Below, piece by piece: positions 1-9,105 of a stretch of DNA of 54,519 nucleotides. The DNA lies in NCBI GenBank assembly GCA_031266515.1, contig JAISAW010000065.1, positions 1-54,519 of the forward strand, written 5' to 3'. The position numbers and the translations under genes are program-made. The notes beneath the pieces were generated by a model. It ran no database searches. It was not told where the DNA came from and saw nothing but the letters and a program-made list of their open reading frames with translations. Numbering within the stretch: the stretch's first letter is position 1; each line of letters begins with the position of its first letter. Origin of the DNA: Eubacteriales Family XIII. Incertae Sedis bacterium (GTDB taxonomy: Bacteria; Bacillota; Clostridia; Peptostreptococcales; Anaerovoracaceae).

Positions 1-606
1 GAGATCATACTGTTTGACGAGCCGACTTCCGCCCTTGACCCGACGATGACCGGCGAGGTGACGGCGGTCATACGCTCCCTCAGAAAGATGGAGATAACCA
101 TGTTGATCGTCACCCATGAGATGAAGTTTGCCAGGGACATCTCAAGCCGCGTGTTCTATATAGATGAAGGCGGCATTTACGAATCGGGCTCACCCGCTGC
201 CATCTTCGATGAGCCGGCAAAAGAGAAGACAAAGAGGTTCATCAACCGCATCCGCAGTTTCGAGTACGATATTGAAAGTGAGGAATATGATTTTTACGAA
301 CTCATCGGTGAGATTGAAGCGTTTTGTTTCCGCAACGGCATTGACGACAAAACCACCAGAAAGCTGTCCCTGATGACGGAAGAGCTGGTCGGCGATACGA
401 TAGTGCCCAAATATGGCAATTGCAGCCTTGTCATCAACTATTCCGAAAAACAGGGGCAATACGAACTCAGCGCGGCGTACCGGGGCCCCGGTGGAAACGC
501 TGTGGAAACCGCCGATGAGCTTTCGGCGATGATCATCCGCAAATCTGCAAAAGAAATAGCCCATACATTTGCTGACGGGACAAATGTGCTGAGGATACTG
601 CTGTAA
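1..606 (+). CDS. ABC transporter ATP-binding protein (polar amino-acid type core), 5'-truncated by the window edge, with about 115 aa of C-terminal extra domain
   Basis: Frame 1 from nt 1 reads EIILFDEPTSALDP (Walker B/D-loop), then IVTHEMKFA (H-loop). ORF track entry 46..606 is the in-frame tail. The ATPase core ends near ...KRFINRIR and another ~115 aa follow. Confidence 0.85.
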   Translation, partial: EIILFDEPTSALDPTMTGEVTAVIRSLRKMEITMLIVTHEMKFARDISSRVFYIDEGGIYESGSPAAIFDEPAKEKTKRFINRIRSFEYDIESEEYDFYELIGEIEAFCFRNGIDDKTTRKLSLMTEELVGDTIVPKYGNCSLVINYSEKQGQYELSAAYRGPGGNAVETADELSAMIIRKSAKEIAHTFADGTNVLRILL

Positions 607-689
607 GGCGCGTGGCAGGGTTTGGGAACATGCAAAAAACGAGGAAGTGATTTGGTTAAGTGATTTACCGTCGTGGCGAGCCGGAGGGT

Positions 690-719
690 TTGACACGGGT
701 GCTGCCTCAATGATAGAAT
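690..719 (+). promoter_or_regulatory. Candidate SigA-type promoter for the infC-rpmI-rplT leader
   Basis: TTGACA (690-695), 18-nt spacer, TGaTAGAAT extended -10 (711-719). It lies about 200 nt upstream of infC. Confidence 0.45.
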
Positions 720-848
720 TGCTCTTGTCAGCGGGTCTCAAGCGGGCCCACGAAAAACAGATAAAGTCGTTCGCAACGCACCTCGTCGGCATGTGCAGGC
801 AGGTAAACAGGGAAAAGATTAAAATCCGGCGAGGGTTTTGCATCGAGA

Positions 849-874
849 GGCGAACGACAGGGTTCGTCTTTTTT
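849..874 (+). terminator. Intrinsic terminator inside the infC leader (candidate L20-type attenuator)
   Basis: GGCGAAC (849-855) pairs with GTTCGTC (862-868) with one G-U, over a 6-nt loop, followed by TTTTTT (869-874). It sits between the candidate promoter and the infC start. Confidence 0.45.
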
Positions 875-942
875 ATTGTGGAGGCGGACGAGAGGCACTT
901 CGGTAAGGAGGTATTACGATTAGGGACAATAACAGGGCCCCT

Positions 943-1581
943 GTGAAAAAAGGCAATCTGATAAACGAAGAGATCAGGTCGGATCGCCTCAGGGTCATAG
1001 GTGCCGACGGCGAGCAGGCCGGCATCATGCTGCGCGACACCGCGCTTGATCTGGCTGAGCGCGAAAATATGGATTTGGTGTTGATATCGCCGAATGCGGA
1101 CCCGCCGGTAGCGCGTGTGATGGATTACGGCAAGTACCGTTACAACCAGCAGAAGCGCGAAAAGGAAGCAAAGAAAAAACAGAAGGTCATACAGGTCAAA
1201 GAGATAAGGCTCGGGACCTTCATTGAGAAGCATGATATTGAGGTCAAGGCGACGAACGCGATCAAGTTCCTCAAAGAAGGGGACAAACTGAAAGTCACTC
1301 TGAGGTTCAAAGGCCGTGAGAGGGGGCGCACCGAGAAAGGCTTCGAAGTGATGGAGCGTTTTGCGGAACTGATCGCCGATTACGGCAATCCGGAAAAAAA
1401 GCCGTCCTTTGAAGGCCGAAGCCTCACCATGATAGTTTCGCCTGTGCCGCCAAAGAAAAAACCGCATGGCGAGGGGGATAAAGACGCGCCTGCAGCGGCA
1501 AAAAAAGTTATAGCACCCGAGGCGGCGGCATCCCCCGCAGCCGGGGATAGACCCGAGGAGGCAAATGATGGCAAAAAATAA
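943..1581 (+). CDS. infC: Translation initiation factor IF-3
   Basis: [28 protein letters not shown]... has the typical IF-3 N-domain, linker and C-domain pattern, and rpmI and rplT follow. GTG at 943 is the ORF-track start, but an in-frame ATT at 919 lies 7 nt after AAGGAGG (905-911). The C-terminus carries a K/P/A-rich tail. Confidence 0.95.
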   Translation: MKKGNLINEEIRSDRLRVIGADGEQAGIMLRDTALDLAERENMDLVLISPNADPPVARVMDYGKYRYNQQKREKEAKKKQKVIQVKEIRLGTFIEKHDIEVKATNAIKFLKEGDKLKVTLRFKGRERGRTEKGFEVMERFAELIADYGNPEKKPSFEGRSLTMIVSPVPPKKKPHGEGDKDAPAAAKKVIAPEAAASPAAGDRPEEANDGKK

Positions 1582-1768
1582 AATGAAGACCCACCGCGGC
1601 GCCGCAAAGCGCATACACTTGACGGCAAGCGGAAAAGCAAAGAGGAGCAAGGCGTTCAAGAGCCATATCCTGAACAAGAAATCCGCCAAGAGGAAGAGGG
1701 GCCTCAGACAGGCTACGCTGCTTTCGTCAGCGGATTTGAAAAGGATCAAGAGAGCGCTTGGCAAATAG
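1565..1768 (+). CDS. rpmI: 50S ribosomal protein L35
   Basis: ...[21 protein letters not shown]... is a small, highly basic protein that overlaps the infC end. GGAGG at 1556-1560 is compatible with a start at 1565 or 1568. Confidence 0.93.
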   Translation: MMAKNKMKTHRGAAKRIHLTASGKAKRSKAFKSHILNKKSAKRKRGLRQATLLSSADLKRIKRALGK

Positions 1769-1779
1769 ACAGAGGGTAA

Positions 1780-1815
1780 GTATGAAAAATAGAATTGAAA
1801 ATTTATTTTTCATAC
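1780..1815 (+). other. AT-rich hairpin with a perfect 12-bp stem in the rpmI-rplT spacer
   Basis: GTATGAAAAATA (1780-1791) is the exact reverse complement of TATTTTTCATAC (1804-1815), with a 12-nt loop. A small CCGCC/GGCGG hairpin follows. Confidence 0.6.
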
Positions 1816-1918
1816 CGAATTTGTGCCGCCGCAGGGCGGTGGAATGGAGGCAACTATTCAGAAAAACGGGGCGTGTCTGGATAGTCGCAATAGACAGTTG
1901 GTTATGAGGTGAAAACAG

Positions 1919-2278
1919 ATGGCAAGGGTAAAGAAAGGGCTTAATGCCCATAAGAGGCATAAGAAGGTACTGAAAGCCGCAAAAGGCTACTACGGACAAA
2001 AGAGCAAGGTTTTCAGGGCAGCAAATCCTGCTGTATACAGGGCGCTCGCGTCGGCTTACGTCGGCCGAAAAAACAAGAAGCGCGAATACAGGAAGCTCTG
2101 GATAGCGAGGATAAACGCAGGCGCGCGCGCGAATGGCATCTCCTACAGCAGGCTGATGGATGGCTTGAAGAAGCAGGATATCCTGATCAACAGGAAGATG
2201 CTTTCAGAGATGGCGATAAGCGACGAAGCAGGCTTTGCCCAGCTCTGCGACAAAGCCAAAGCCGTCGCAAAAGGATAA
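1919..2278 (+). CDS. rplT: 50S ribosomal protein L20
   Basis: [26 protein letters not shown]...RINAGAR is the canonical L20 sequence. Confidence 0.96.
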   Translation: MARVKKGLNAHKRHKKVLKAAKGYYGQKSKVFRAANPAVYRALASAYVGRKNKKREYRKLWIARINAGARANGISYSRLMDGLKKQDILINRKMLSEMAISDEAGFAQLCDKAKAVAKG

Positions 2279-2427
2279 GCGCAAAATAGCAAATAGCAGA
2301 AATGAGGCAAAAGTGTGAAAAACCTTTCACACGCCGCAACAGGGAGTGAAGCGACAGCTGGGCCAACGAAGCAACATCGCATCCAAAGCGCACATCCCAC
2401 GCGATAAGCAGAAATGAGGCAAAAAGG

Positions 2428-2964
2428 ATGAAATGCCCATATTGCGACAACCCCGACACAAAGGTGGTTGACAGCCGCCCGACCGATGAAGGGCAAGCCA
2501 TACGCAGAAGGCGCGAATGCGAGGATTGCGGCCGCCGCTTTACCACATACGAAAAAATAGAGGAAATCCCTCTCATCGTAGTGAAGAAAGACGGGCGCAG
2601 GCAGGTCTTCGACAGGAACAAAGTCAGGAGCGGCATCATCAGGGCGTGCGAGAAAAGGCCGGTCCCCATGGGTGAGATCGAAAAGATCGTGACCGAGATC
2701 GAAAAAGGCCTTTCAAACCTCATGCTCAAGGAGATGGATTCGACCATCATCGGCGAGTACGTGATGGAGCAGCTCAAAGACCTTGACGACGTGGCCTATG
2801 TGAGGTTTGCGTCGGTCTACAGGCAGTTTACCGACGCGGAGAGTTTCAGGAGCGAAGTCGAAAAGCTCCTCGACGGCGCCAAAAAAAGACGTCGAGGAGG
2901 CAGTGGGGCTGGAGCCGGCGGAGCAGGAGGCAGCAGATCAAAGGGAGAGGCGACGGACAAGTGA
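2428..2964 (+). CDS. nrdR: Transcriptional repressor NrdR
   Basis: [17 protein letters not shown]...[12 protein letters not shown] is the zinc ribbon, followed by an ATP-cone. The C-terminus has a G/A/R-rich tail. Confidence 0.95.
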   Translation: MKCPYCDNPDTKVVDSRPTDEGQAIRRRRECEDCGRRFTTYEKIEEIPLIVVKKDGRRQVFDRNKVRSGIIRACEKRPVPMGEIEKIVTEIEKGLSNLMLKEMDSTIIGEYVMEQLKDLDDVAYVRFASVYRQFTDAESFRSEVEKLLDGAKKRRRGGSGAGAGGAGGSRSKGEATDK

Positions 2965-3644
2965 AATACATTGTCGCAGTCGACGGGCCATCCGGGGCGG
3001 GAAAGAGCACCGTCTCAAAACTGGTGGCAGAAAAACTCGGGATTGCGTACCTCGATACGGGAGCCATGTACAGGGCGCTTGCATTGAAGATAGTGAACGA
3101 AAAAACAGATCTCCCTGCGCCCTTCGAGAAAGGTGAGAAAGCCGGGAAACTTGAGGCGCTGCTCGCGGACACGGAGATCGAAGAGAGGGATGGAAGGATA
3201 TTCCTGGACGGGCGGGACGTGAGCGGATACATCAGGATGCCTGAAGTGGCCATGATCGCATCGGCGTCGTCAGCTCTGCCGGAAGTCCGGGCGAAGCTCG
3301 TCGCCATACAGCGGAAACACGGCGAGAGATGGAGCGTCATCGCCGACGGGCGCGATATAGGAAGCAATGTATTTCCGGGGGCGAAGTACAAATTTTACCT
3401 CACGGCCTCTCCCGAGGAGAGGGCGCGCAGGAGACGCCTTGAGCTGAAAGAGAAAGGCCTGGACATCCCCTTCGAGAAAGTATTGAGCGACATCAACGAG
3501 AGGGACTATGCGGATGCAAACAGAAAGGTGAACCCGCTCACGGTCGCAGAAGGCGCGGAAATGCTTGTGACCGACGGCATCAGTGCCGAACAGGCGGCGG
3601 ATTTCATCGCCGAAAAAGTGAGGGCCGGGGAGACTGGCTCCTGA
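2961..3644 (+). CDS. cmk: Cytidylate kinase
   Basis: [16 protein letters not shown] is the P-loop and LDTGAMYRA is present. It overlaps nrdR by 4 nt. Confidence 0.93.
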   Translation: MKYIVAVDGPSGAGKSTVSKLVAEKLGIAYLDTGAMYRALALKIVNEKTDLPAPFEKGEKAGKLEALLADTEIEERDGRIFLDGRDVSGYIRMPEVAMIASASSALPEVRAKLVAIQRKHGERWSVIADGRDIGSNVFPGAKYKFYLTASPEERARRRRLELKEKGLDIPFEKVLSDINERDYADANRKVNPLTVAEGAEMLVTDGISAEQAADFIAEKVRAGETGS

Positions 3645-3768
3645 CCTTGAAGACCCAAAACACAGGCAAGCGAGAGGCCTGCGAGATGGGCAATATGATA
3701 AAATGTAACCTAACATCATTGTGACAAATGATTCGAATTCGGGATGGTGCCCACAGAGAGGGAGTATC

Positions 3769-4449
3769 ATGCCGATGATAAAGAAACTTCCCGAGGACGA
3801 AAGGCCGAGGGAAAAGCTGATCAGGCAGGGGAGAAGAAGCCTGTCAAACACTGAGCTGCTATCGCTGCTTATAGGCTCAGGCACACACGAGGCATCCGCT
3901 ACGGAGCTGGCGGGCAGGGTGTTGGCGCAGACGGATACGGGCCTTGCGGGGCTCAGGGATTCTTCGCCCGAAGAGCTGCGGGCTATAAGAGGGATCGGGG
4001 ATGCCATAGCCTGCAGGCTGATCGCCGCCGCCGAGATAGGGACCCGCATAGGGGCCGGAAAGCCCGGGCGTGGGGTGAAAGTGGACTCCGCCGCAGTCGC
4101 CGCAGGGATTTGCGAAGGCGAGTTCGCGGGGGAAAAGCAGGAGTGCTTCGCCGTGATAATGCTGAACGTCAAAGGGCTGATGATAGGCCTTGAGAGGATC
4201 TCAAAAGGAGGGATCAACTCATCCATCGCAGAACCCAGGGATGTATTCAGAGGCGCAGTGAAGAGAGGGGCCGCCGCAATAGTAGCCCTTCACAACCATC
4301 CGAGCGGGGATCCGGAGCCAAGCGAGTCTGATGTCCTGATCACGAAAAGGCTTGCCGCTGCCGGAGAAGTGCTCGGCGTGAAGATGCTGGACCATGTTAT
4401 CATTGGAAACGACGCATACGTGAGCCTCAAAGACAGAGGCTTCATGTAG
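3769..4449 (+). CDS. radC: RadC-family JAB/MPN-domain protein
   Basis: MPMIKKLPEDERPREKL... is followed by the JAMM-like motif ALHNHPSGDPEPSESD. ATG 3769 is preceded by GAGGGAG; the ORF track starts at GTG 3721. The radC-mreB order is conserved. Confidence 0.88.
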   Translation: MPMIKKLPEDERPREKLIRQGRRSLSNTELLSLLIGSGTHEASATELAGRVLAQTDTGLAGLRDSSPEELRAIRGIGDAIACRLIAAAEIGTRIGAGKPGRGVKVDSAAVAAGICEGEFAGEKQECFAVIMLNVKGLMIGLERISKGGINSSIAEPRDVFRGAVKRGAAAIVALHNHPSGDPEPSESDVLITKRLAAAGEVLGVKMLDHVIIGNDAYVSLKDRGFM

Positions 4450-4486
4450 CGGGGAGAATACAGGGAGATTAAGATATATCAGGAGT

Positions 4487-5578
4487 ATGTGGAAACTCAT
4501 TCTGGCAAAATTGAAGAGTATCAGGTTTGACTTCCTCGGATTTTTCAAGTTCGGGTCGAAGGACGTGGGCATTGACCTCGGCACCGCCAATACGCTCATC
4601 TATGTGAAAAACAGGGGGATCGTACTCAGCCAGCCGAGCGTCATCGCCGTGGATACGCACGCCAAAAAGATACTCGCAGTCGGCACCGAGGCCAAGAAGA
4701 TGGTCGGCAGGGCACCGAAGCATATCAAGGTGATCCGGCCTCTCGAAGACGGGGTCATATCCAATTTCGAAATGACAGTGGAGATGCTCAGGGAATTCCT
4801 CTCAAAGGTCCTGGCGGGCATGTCCAGGTTTAGCAGGATAAGAGTGGTCATAGGAGTGCCCTCCGGCGTCACCGAAGTGGAGAAAAGGGCGGTCGAAGAA
4901 GTCGTCCGCTCGATGGGCGCGCGGGATGTATACATCCTCGAAGAGCCGATGGCTGCGGCTATCGGGGTCGGGCTGCCTATTGACGGCCCTACGGGATGCA
5001 TGGTGGCGGATGTAGGCGGGGGAACTTCCGACATCGCCGTCATAGCGCTCGAAGGCATAGTCACAAGCACTTCGCTGAGGCATGCCGGCGACAAGCTGAA
5101 CGAGGCCATAGTCGCCTATATGAGAAAAAACTATGAACTCCACATCGGCGACAACATGGCGGAGGAGCTGAAGATCCAAATAGGCTGCGCCTGGCTCGAC
5201 CCCAGGGACGAGTTTGTCAGGACTGCCCAGTACAGCGTAAGCGGCAGGGACATAGTGACAGGGCTGCCGAGGACTTACACTATCACTCCCGCAGAGATCC
5301 ACGACGCGATGAGCGAGTCGCTTCAAATCATAGTCGATGCCATCAAGACGACGCTTGAGAATGCGCCTCCGGCCATAGCTGCCGATATCGCAAACACGGG
5401 GATCGTGCTGACGGGGGGAGGCGCGCTGATAAGGGGCATAGACAGGCTCATCGCAGAAGAGACCGGGCTGCGGGCGTTCGTGGCGGAAAATGCCCTTGAA
5501 GCCGTGGCCGAAGGGACGGGGACGAGCCTTTCCAACATTGACAAACTCCAGAGATACGCGAGCAACAGCACCAAATAG
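4487..5578 (+). CDS. mreB: Rod shape-determining actin homologue MreB
   Basis: GIDLGTANTLIYV, DVGGGTSDIAV and VLTGGGALIRG are the actin-fold ATPase motifs. Confidence 0.96.
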   Translation: MWKLILAKLKSIRFDFLGFFKFGSKDVGIDLGTANTLIYVKNRGIVLSQPSVIAVDTHAKKILAVGTEAKKMVGRAPKHIKVIRPLEDGVISNFEMTVEMLREFLSKVLAGMSRFSRIRVVIGVPSGVTEVEKRAVEEVVRSMGARDVYILEEPMAAAIGVGLPIDGPTGCMVADVGGGTSDIAVIALEGIVTSTSLRHAGDKLNEAIVAYMRKNYELHIGDNMAEELKIQIGCAWLDPRDEFVRTAQYSVSGRDIVTGLPRTYTITPAEIHDAMSESLQIIVDAIKTTLENAPPAIAADIANTGIVLTGGGALIRGIDRLIAEETGLRAFVAENALEAVAEGTGTSLSNIDKLQRYASNSTK

Positions 5579-5598
5579 GCGCAGACGGGCAGGCTCTG

Positions 5599-6420
5599 AT
5601 GAGGTGGATAAGAGAGCATACCAGACTAACGCTTGCAGGAGTGGCTGCGGTAGTTCTGCTCGTACTGATTTTGGCCTCTGTCGCTGGCGGGGCCGGCAAC
5701 CCTGTAGGGAAGTTTTTTCAAAGCGTGGCTGCGACGGTGCAGAAGCCTTTTGCCATGCTCGGAAACACTATAGGCTCGGGGGTCTCGGGTATCCTCACGG
5801 ACGACGGACTGAAACAGGAAAACGAAGGGCTGAAAGAGCAGGTCGCCTCGCTTGAAAGGGAATTGACAGAAGCCAGGCTTGATGAGACAGAGCTCTCCGA
5901 ACTGAGCGCGCTCAGGGATGCATTTGGGGCAGGCCCTGCGTCCGGCGGTCAATATACGATGAAGGCCGCAAACGTGCTTTCCTACGACGGGTCGAACAAA
6001 TTCAACGTCTTCACCATAGACATAGGCGAGGAGGCCGGAGTGAAGCACGACTCGATAGTCGTGACCGGCGACGGCCTTGTCGGGCGCGTCTATGAGACCG
6101 GCGGAGGGTGGTCAAAGGTCGTGAGTATCATAAGCGACAGCAACAATGTCGGTTTCCAGGTTTATCCGGAGCTGAACTATATAGGCGTGTGCAGGGGAGA
6201 CGGCAAAGGAGGGCTGGCCGGCGAAATGCTCGACGAAAACGCCGTGGTCGAAAAAGGGCAAAAGCTGTTGACCTCGGGTATCGGAGGGATTTACCCGTCC
6301 GGCCTTGAGATTGGGACCATCTCCACAGTGGAGCATGAAGAGAGTGGAAGCCTGCTCAAAGTGGTGATAGAGCCAAGCGTCTACTTCAAGGGCCTGAAAA
6401 AAGTGGCGGTGCTGGTATGA
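5599..6420 (+). CDS. mreC: Rod shape-determining protein MreC
   Basis: It has an N-terminal TM segment, a coiled-coil segment and then VVTGDGLVGRV...GIYPSGLEIG beta-barrel motifs, and it lies between mreB and mreD. Confidence 0.92.
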   Translation: MRWIREHTRLTLAGVAAVVLLVLILASVAGGAGNPVGKFFQSVAATVQKPFAMLGNTIGSGVSGILTDDGLKQENEGLKEQVASLERELTEARLDETELSELSALRDAFGAGPASGGQYTMKAANVLSYDGSNKFNVFTIDIGEEAGVKHDSIVVTGDGLVGRVYETGGGWSKVVSIISDSNNVGFQVYPELNYIGVCRGDGKGGLAGEMLDENAVVEKGQKLLTSGIGGIYPSGLEIGTISTVEHEESGSLLKVVIEPSVYFKGLKKVAVLV

Positions 6421-6935
6421 AGTCAATGCGCTGGTACAAGGCTGCGATCATATTTTTCATCGGTTTCATCCTACAGACCGTATTCCTGTGGAGGATAACC
6501 GTATTTGGCGCTTCCCCGAACCTGCTGCTTTGCCTGACTTCCGTGTTCGCGTTTCTTTACGATGAACGCTACGGCATAGTCCTCGGCCTTATATCCGGGC
6601 TCGCGCTTGACCTCTCGACGGGGCTCTATGTCGGGGCAAACGCCCTTGGCTTTGTCGCCGTCTGTGTGCCGATCTTTTTCCTGAGAAGCATATTTGACAA
6701 GGAAAGGCTTACAGCGGACATGTTGATGACTCTCATAGCTACGCCCATAGGCCTGCTCGGGGTCTGGCTTGTCTATCACGCGGCGGGCAATGCGGGAAGC
6801 CTGGGCGAGACCTTGCTGTCTCTGCCGGGCCTGATAGTATCACATATGGTCATCACCACACTGCTGCATCTGCTTCTCGTAAGATCAGTCATCAGGCACA
6901 GGCGTGACCGGAAGTATGAACGGAGAGTGGCTTGA
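6417..6935 (+). CDS. mreD: Rod shape-determining protein MreD
   Basis: A 172-aa polytopic hydrophobic protein that overlaps the mreC stop by 4 nt. Confidence 0.85.
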   Translation: MKSMRWYKAAIIFFIGFILQTVFLWRITVFGASPNLLLCLTSVFAFLYDERYGIVLGLISGLALDLSTGLYVGANALGFVAVCVPIFFLRSIFDKERLTADMLMTLIATPIGLLGVWLVYHAAGNAGSLGETLLSLPGLIVSHMVITTLLHLLLVRSVIRHRRDRKYERRVA

Positions 6936-7657
6936 TGAGCAGGGTCATATTCGTAGCATCGGGCAAAGGGGGCGTCGGGAAGTCGGTTTTTTCCGCTAAT
7001 CTGGGCGCGACTTTCGCGGACAAAGGGCTTTCAGTGGCGCTTGTCGATATGAATATCGGCCTGCGAAACCTTGACCTCTACCTCGGGCTTGAGAGCAAGG
7101 TGGTGTTTGATTCTGCGGACGTCATCTCGGGCGTGGTGCCGCTGAAACGTGCCCTCGTCAGGGACAAGCGGCTGCAGGCGCTCTATTTCCTCTCCACCAC
7201 CCAGAGGAAAGAGAAATTTGCGGCGACGGAAGAGCAGGTGGCCAGGCTGTACGCGCAGCTTGCGGGCATGCACGATATCGTCATCATTGACGGCCCTGCT
7301 GGAGTCACACAGGAGCTTCGGCTTGCATCGTCGGGAGTTTCCAAGGCTGTCATCGTGACGACTCCTGAGCACGTATCGCTGCGCGATGCGGATATGATGG
7401 ACCAGACCCTGCGCTCACGGGGAGTGATGAAAAGGGCTTATGTGGTCAACAAGGCAAACAAGGCTTTCATGGGCGATGGCATCCTGCCGAGTTTCGAGAC
7501 GATCACGACCCTGATGAAGCTGCCTCTCATAGGGGTGATACAGCAGGACGACGCCATACATCTGTCAGCGAACAAGGGCTATCCCATAGTGCTCCAACGG
7601 GGCAACTACATCGAAAGGAATTTCTCCAAAATATCCGACCGCATCCTCTCCCTGTGA
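6935..7657 (+). CDS. minD: MinD/ParA-family P-loop ATPase (MinD-like)
   Basis: VASGKGGVGKS is the deviant Walker A and IVIIDGPAG the Walker B, with MinD-like similarity throughout. ATG 6935 overlaps the mreD TGA (TGATG), and GGAGAG lies 7 nt upstream. The ORF track starts at TTG 6932. Confidence 0.8.
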   Translation: MSRVIFVASGKGGVGKSVFSANLGATFADKGLSVALVDMNIGLRNLDLYLGLESKVVFDSADVISGVVPLKRALVRDKRLQALYFLSTTQRKEKFAATEEQVARLYAQLAGMHDIVIIDGPAGVTQELRLASSGVSKAVIVTTPEHVSLRDADMMDQTLRSRGVMKRAYVVNKANKAFMGDGILPSFETITTLMKLPLIGVIQQDDAIHLSANKGYPIVLQRGNYIERNFSKISDRILSL

Positions 7658-7749
7658 CTACACAACGGCCGGCGCGGAGGCTTTGATACAACGGGGACAC
7701 CGCGGGGACGGTTCTTTTTGTGTTAAAGGGCGTGGGCGCGCGAGTGGGC

Positions 7750-8892
7750 TTATACATACCGGATAGCCCGGCTTTTTTCGCGGAATCCTACGCTCAGGAC
7801 GAGACCGATGCACAGCATGTTTACGAGGATGGAAGAGCCCCCCTGCGACAGGAAAGGAAGGGTGATGCCTGTCACAGGCATGAGCCCCATGGTCATGCCG
7901 ATGTTTTCGAATATCTGAAACCCAAACATGCAAAGTATCCCCGCGCACACGAGTGCGCCAAACACCTCGGACGCCGAGCGTATCGCTACCCAAATGCGCT
8001 GAAGCAGCAGCGCGTAGAGGGCGATGACCACAAGCCCCCCAATGATTCCAAATTCCTCGCAGAGCACCGGAAAGATAAAGTCCGACTCCTGCACCGGGAG
8101 CAGCCCCGAGGCCTTCACGTCGCCTTGCCTGAAACCCTTCCCCAGGAAGCCTCCGCTGCCTATCGCCACCTTCGATTGGTATACCTGGTACGTGGCGTTG
8201 ATAGAGAGGTTGTCCGGGTGGAGGAACGCTGTGAACCTTTCCTTTTGATGCGGCTGCATGAACCGGTAGAGGATCGGTATGCTCACTACAAACAGGGCGG
8301 ACAGCCTTACGAAAATCCCTGCCTTGAGCCCTGCCGCAAAGATCATCCCTATGTGGATGAAAAGCATGACGATAGCGGCACCCATATCTTCGGCCGCCAC
8401 CACGGCGATGATCGGCAGGACGTAGGCGAACGCTTTGAAAAACTCTCTGTAGCTTTCCAGCTTGCCCTTCTTGTCCTGAAGGTAGCTTGCCATGATCAGA
8501 ATGAGCAGCACTTTCGTAAGCTCGGACGGCTGCATGGTCGTGAAGCCGAATACGTTGACCCACGCCCTTTGCCCCGCTATTTCCACCCCTACTCCTGGGA
8601 TATATACGATCAACTGAAGGGCGATGGCACCGATGTAAAGTTGGAGCCTCAGCGCGGCGAACACCCGGTAGTCGACGTAGACGACCAGGACCATCAGCAA
8701 GAACCCGAGTATATACGCTATGCCCTGTATGGCCACGGTGCGGTTCAGCGGATCGTCGCCGCTTGCGGTGATGCTCGAAATCATGAGTACGCTGATGATT
8801 CCCAACAAAAATGGTATCGCCAGTATGAACGGGTCGAGCCTCTTTAATATATCTGCAATTTTGCCCAAACAAAGAACCTCTGTAATTGACAT
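7750..8892 (-). CDS. rodA: SEDS-family peptidoglycan glycosyltransferase RodA/FtsW
   Basis: A polytopic protein with QPSELTKV and GLMPVTGITLPFLSQGGSS motifs. An alternative TTG start lies at 8871, after GAGGT. Confidence 0.9.
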   Translation of the reverse strand: MSITEVLCLGKIADILKRLDPFILAIPFLLGIISVLMISSITASGDDPLNRTVAIQGIAYILGFLLMVLVVYVDYRVFAALRLQLYIGAIALQLIVYIPGVGVEIAGQRAWVNVFGFTTMQPSELTKVLLILIMASYLQDKKGKLESYREFFKAFAYVLPIIAVVAAEDMGAAIVMLFIHIGMIFAAGLKAGIFVRLSALFVVSIPILYRFMQPHQKERFTAFLHPDNLSINATYQVYQSKVAIGSGGFLGKGFRQGDVKASGLLPVQESDFIFPVLCEEFGIIGGLVVIALYALLLQRIWVAIRSASEVFGALVCAGILCMFGFQIFENIGMTMGLMPVTGITLPFLSQGGSSILVNMLCIGLVLSVGFREKSRAIRYV

Positions 8893-9105
8893 AAAACGGA
8901 TAACGCCATTATAATGTATGCGGTGTTAATATGACAACTTCTGCTCATCGTCCGTAAATAAAGGGACACGAGATGTGATATTCATTGACAACGCTGTTTT
9001 TCGCACGAAGGGCCGAAAAACAAGCCATGCGGATATAGCCGCACTCATTCGTACGCCGGTACAACCCTGCGAACAGGGCTGGGAGGCGTAGTTTTCACCA
9101 AGGAG

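Noticed and set aside
190-1764. A 524-aa minus-strand ORF spanning the ABC gene, the infC leader, infC and rpmI
   Set aside because: It is antisense to three well-supported genes. The product is low-complexity (L/F/R/C-rich) with no recognisable motifs. Long antisense ORFs are expected in GC-rich coding DNA.
7658-8872. A 404-aa minus-strand ORF and a 375-aa plus-strand ORF (7720..8847) overlapping rodA
   Set aside because: These are alternate-frame and antisense readings of the SEDS gene, with Arg/Gly/His-rich compositions and no motifs. The rodA frame carries the conserved SEDS signatures.
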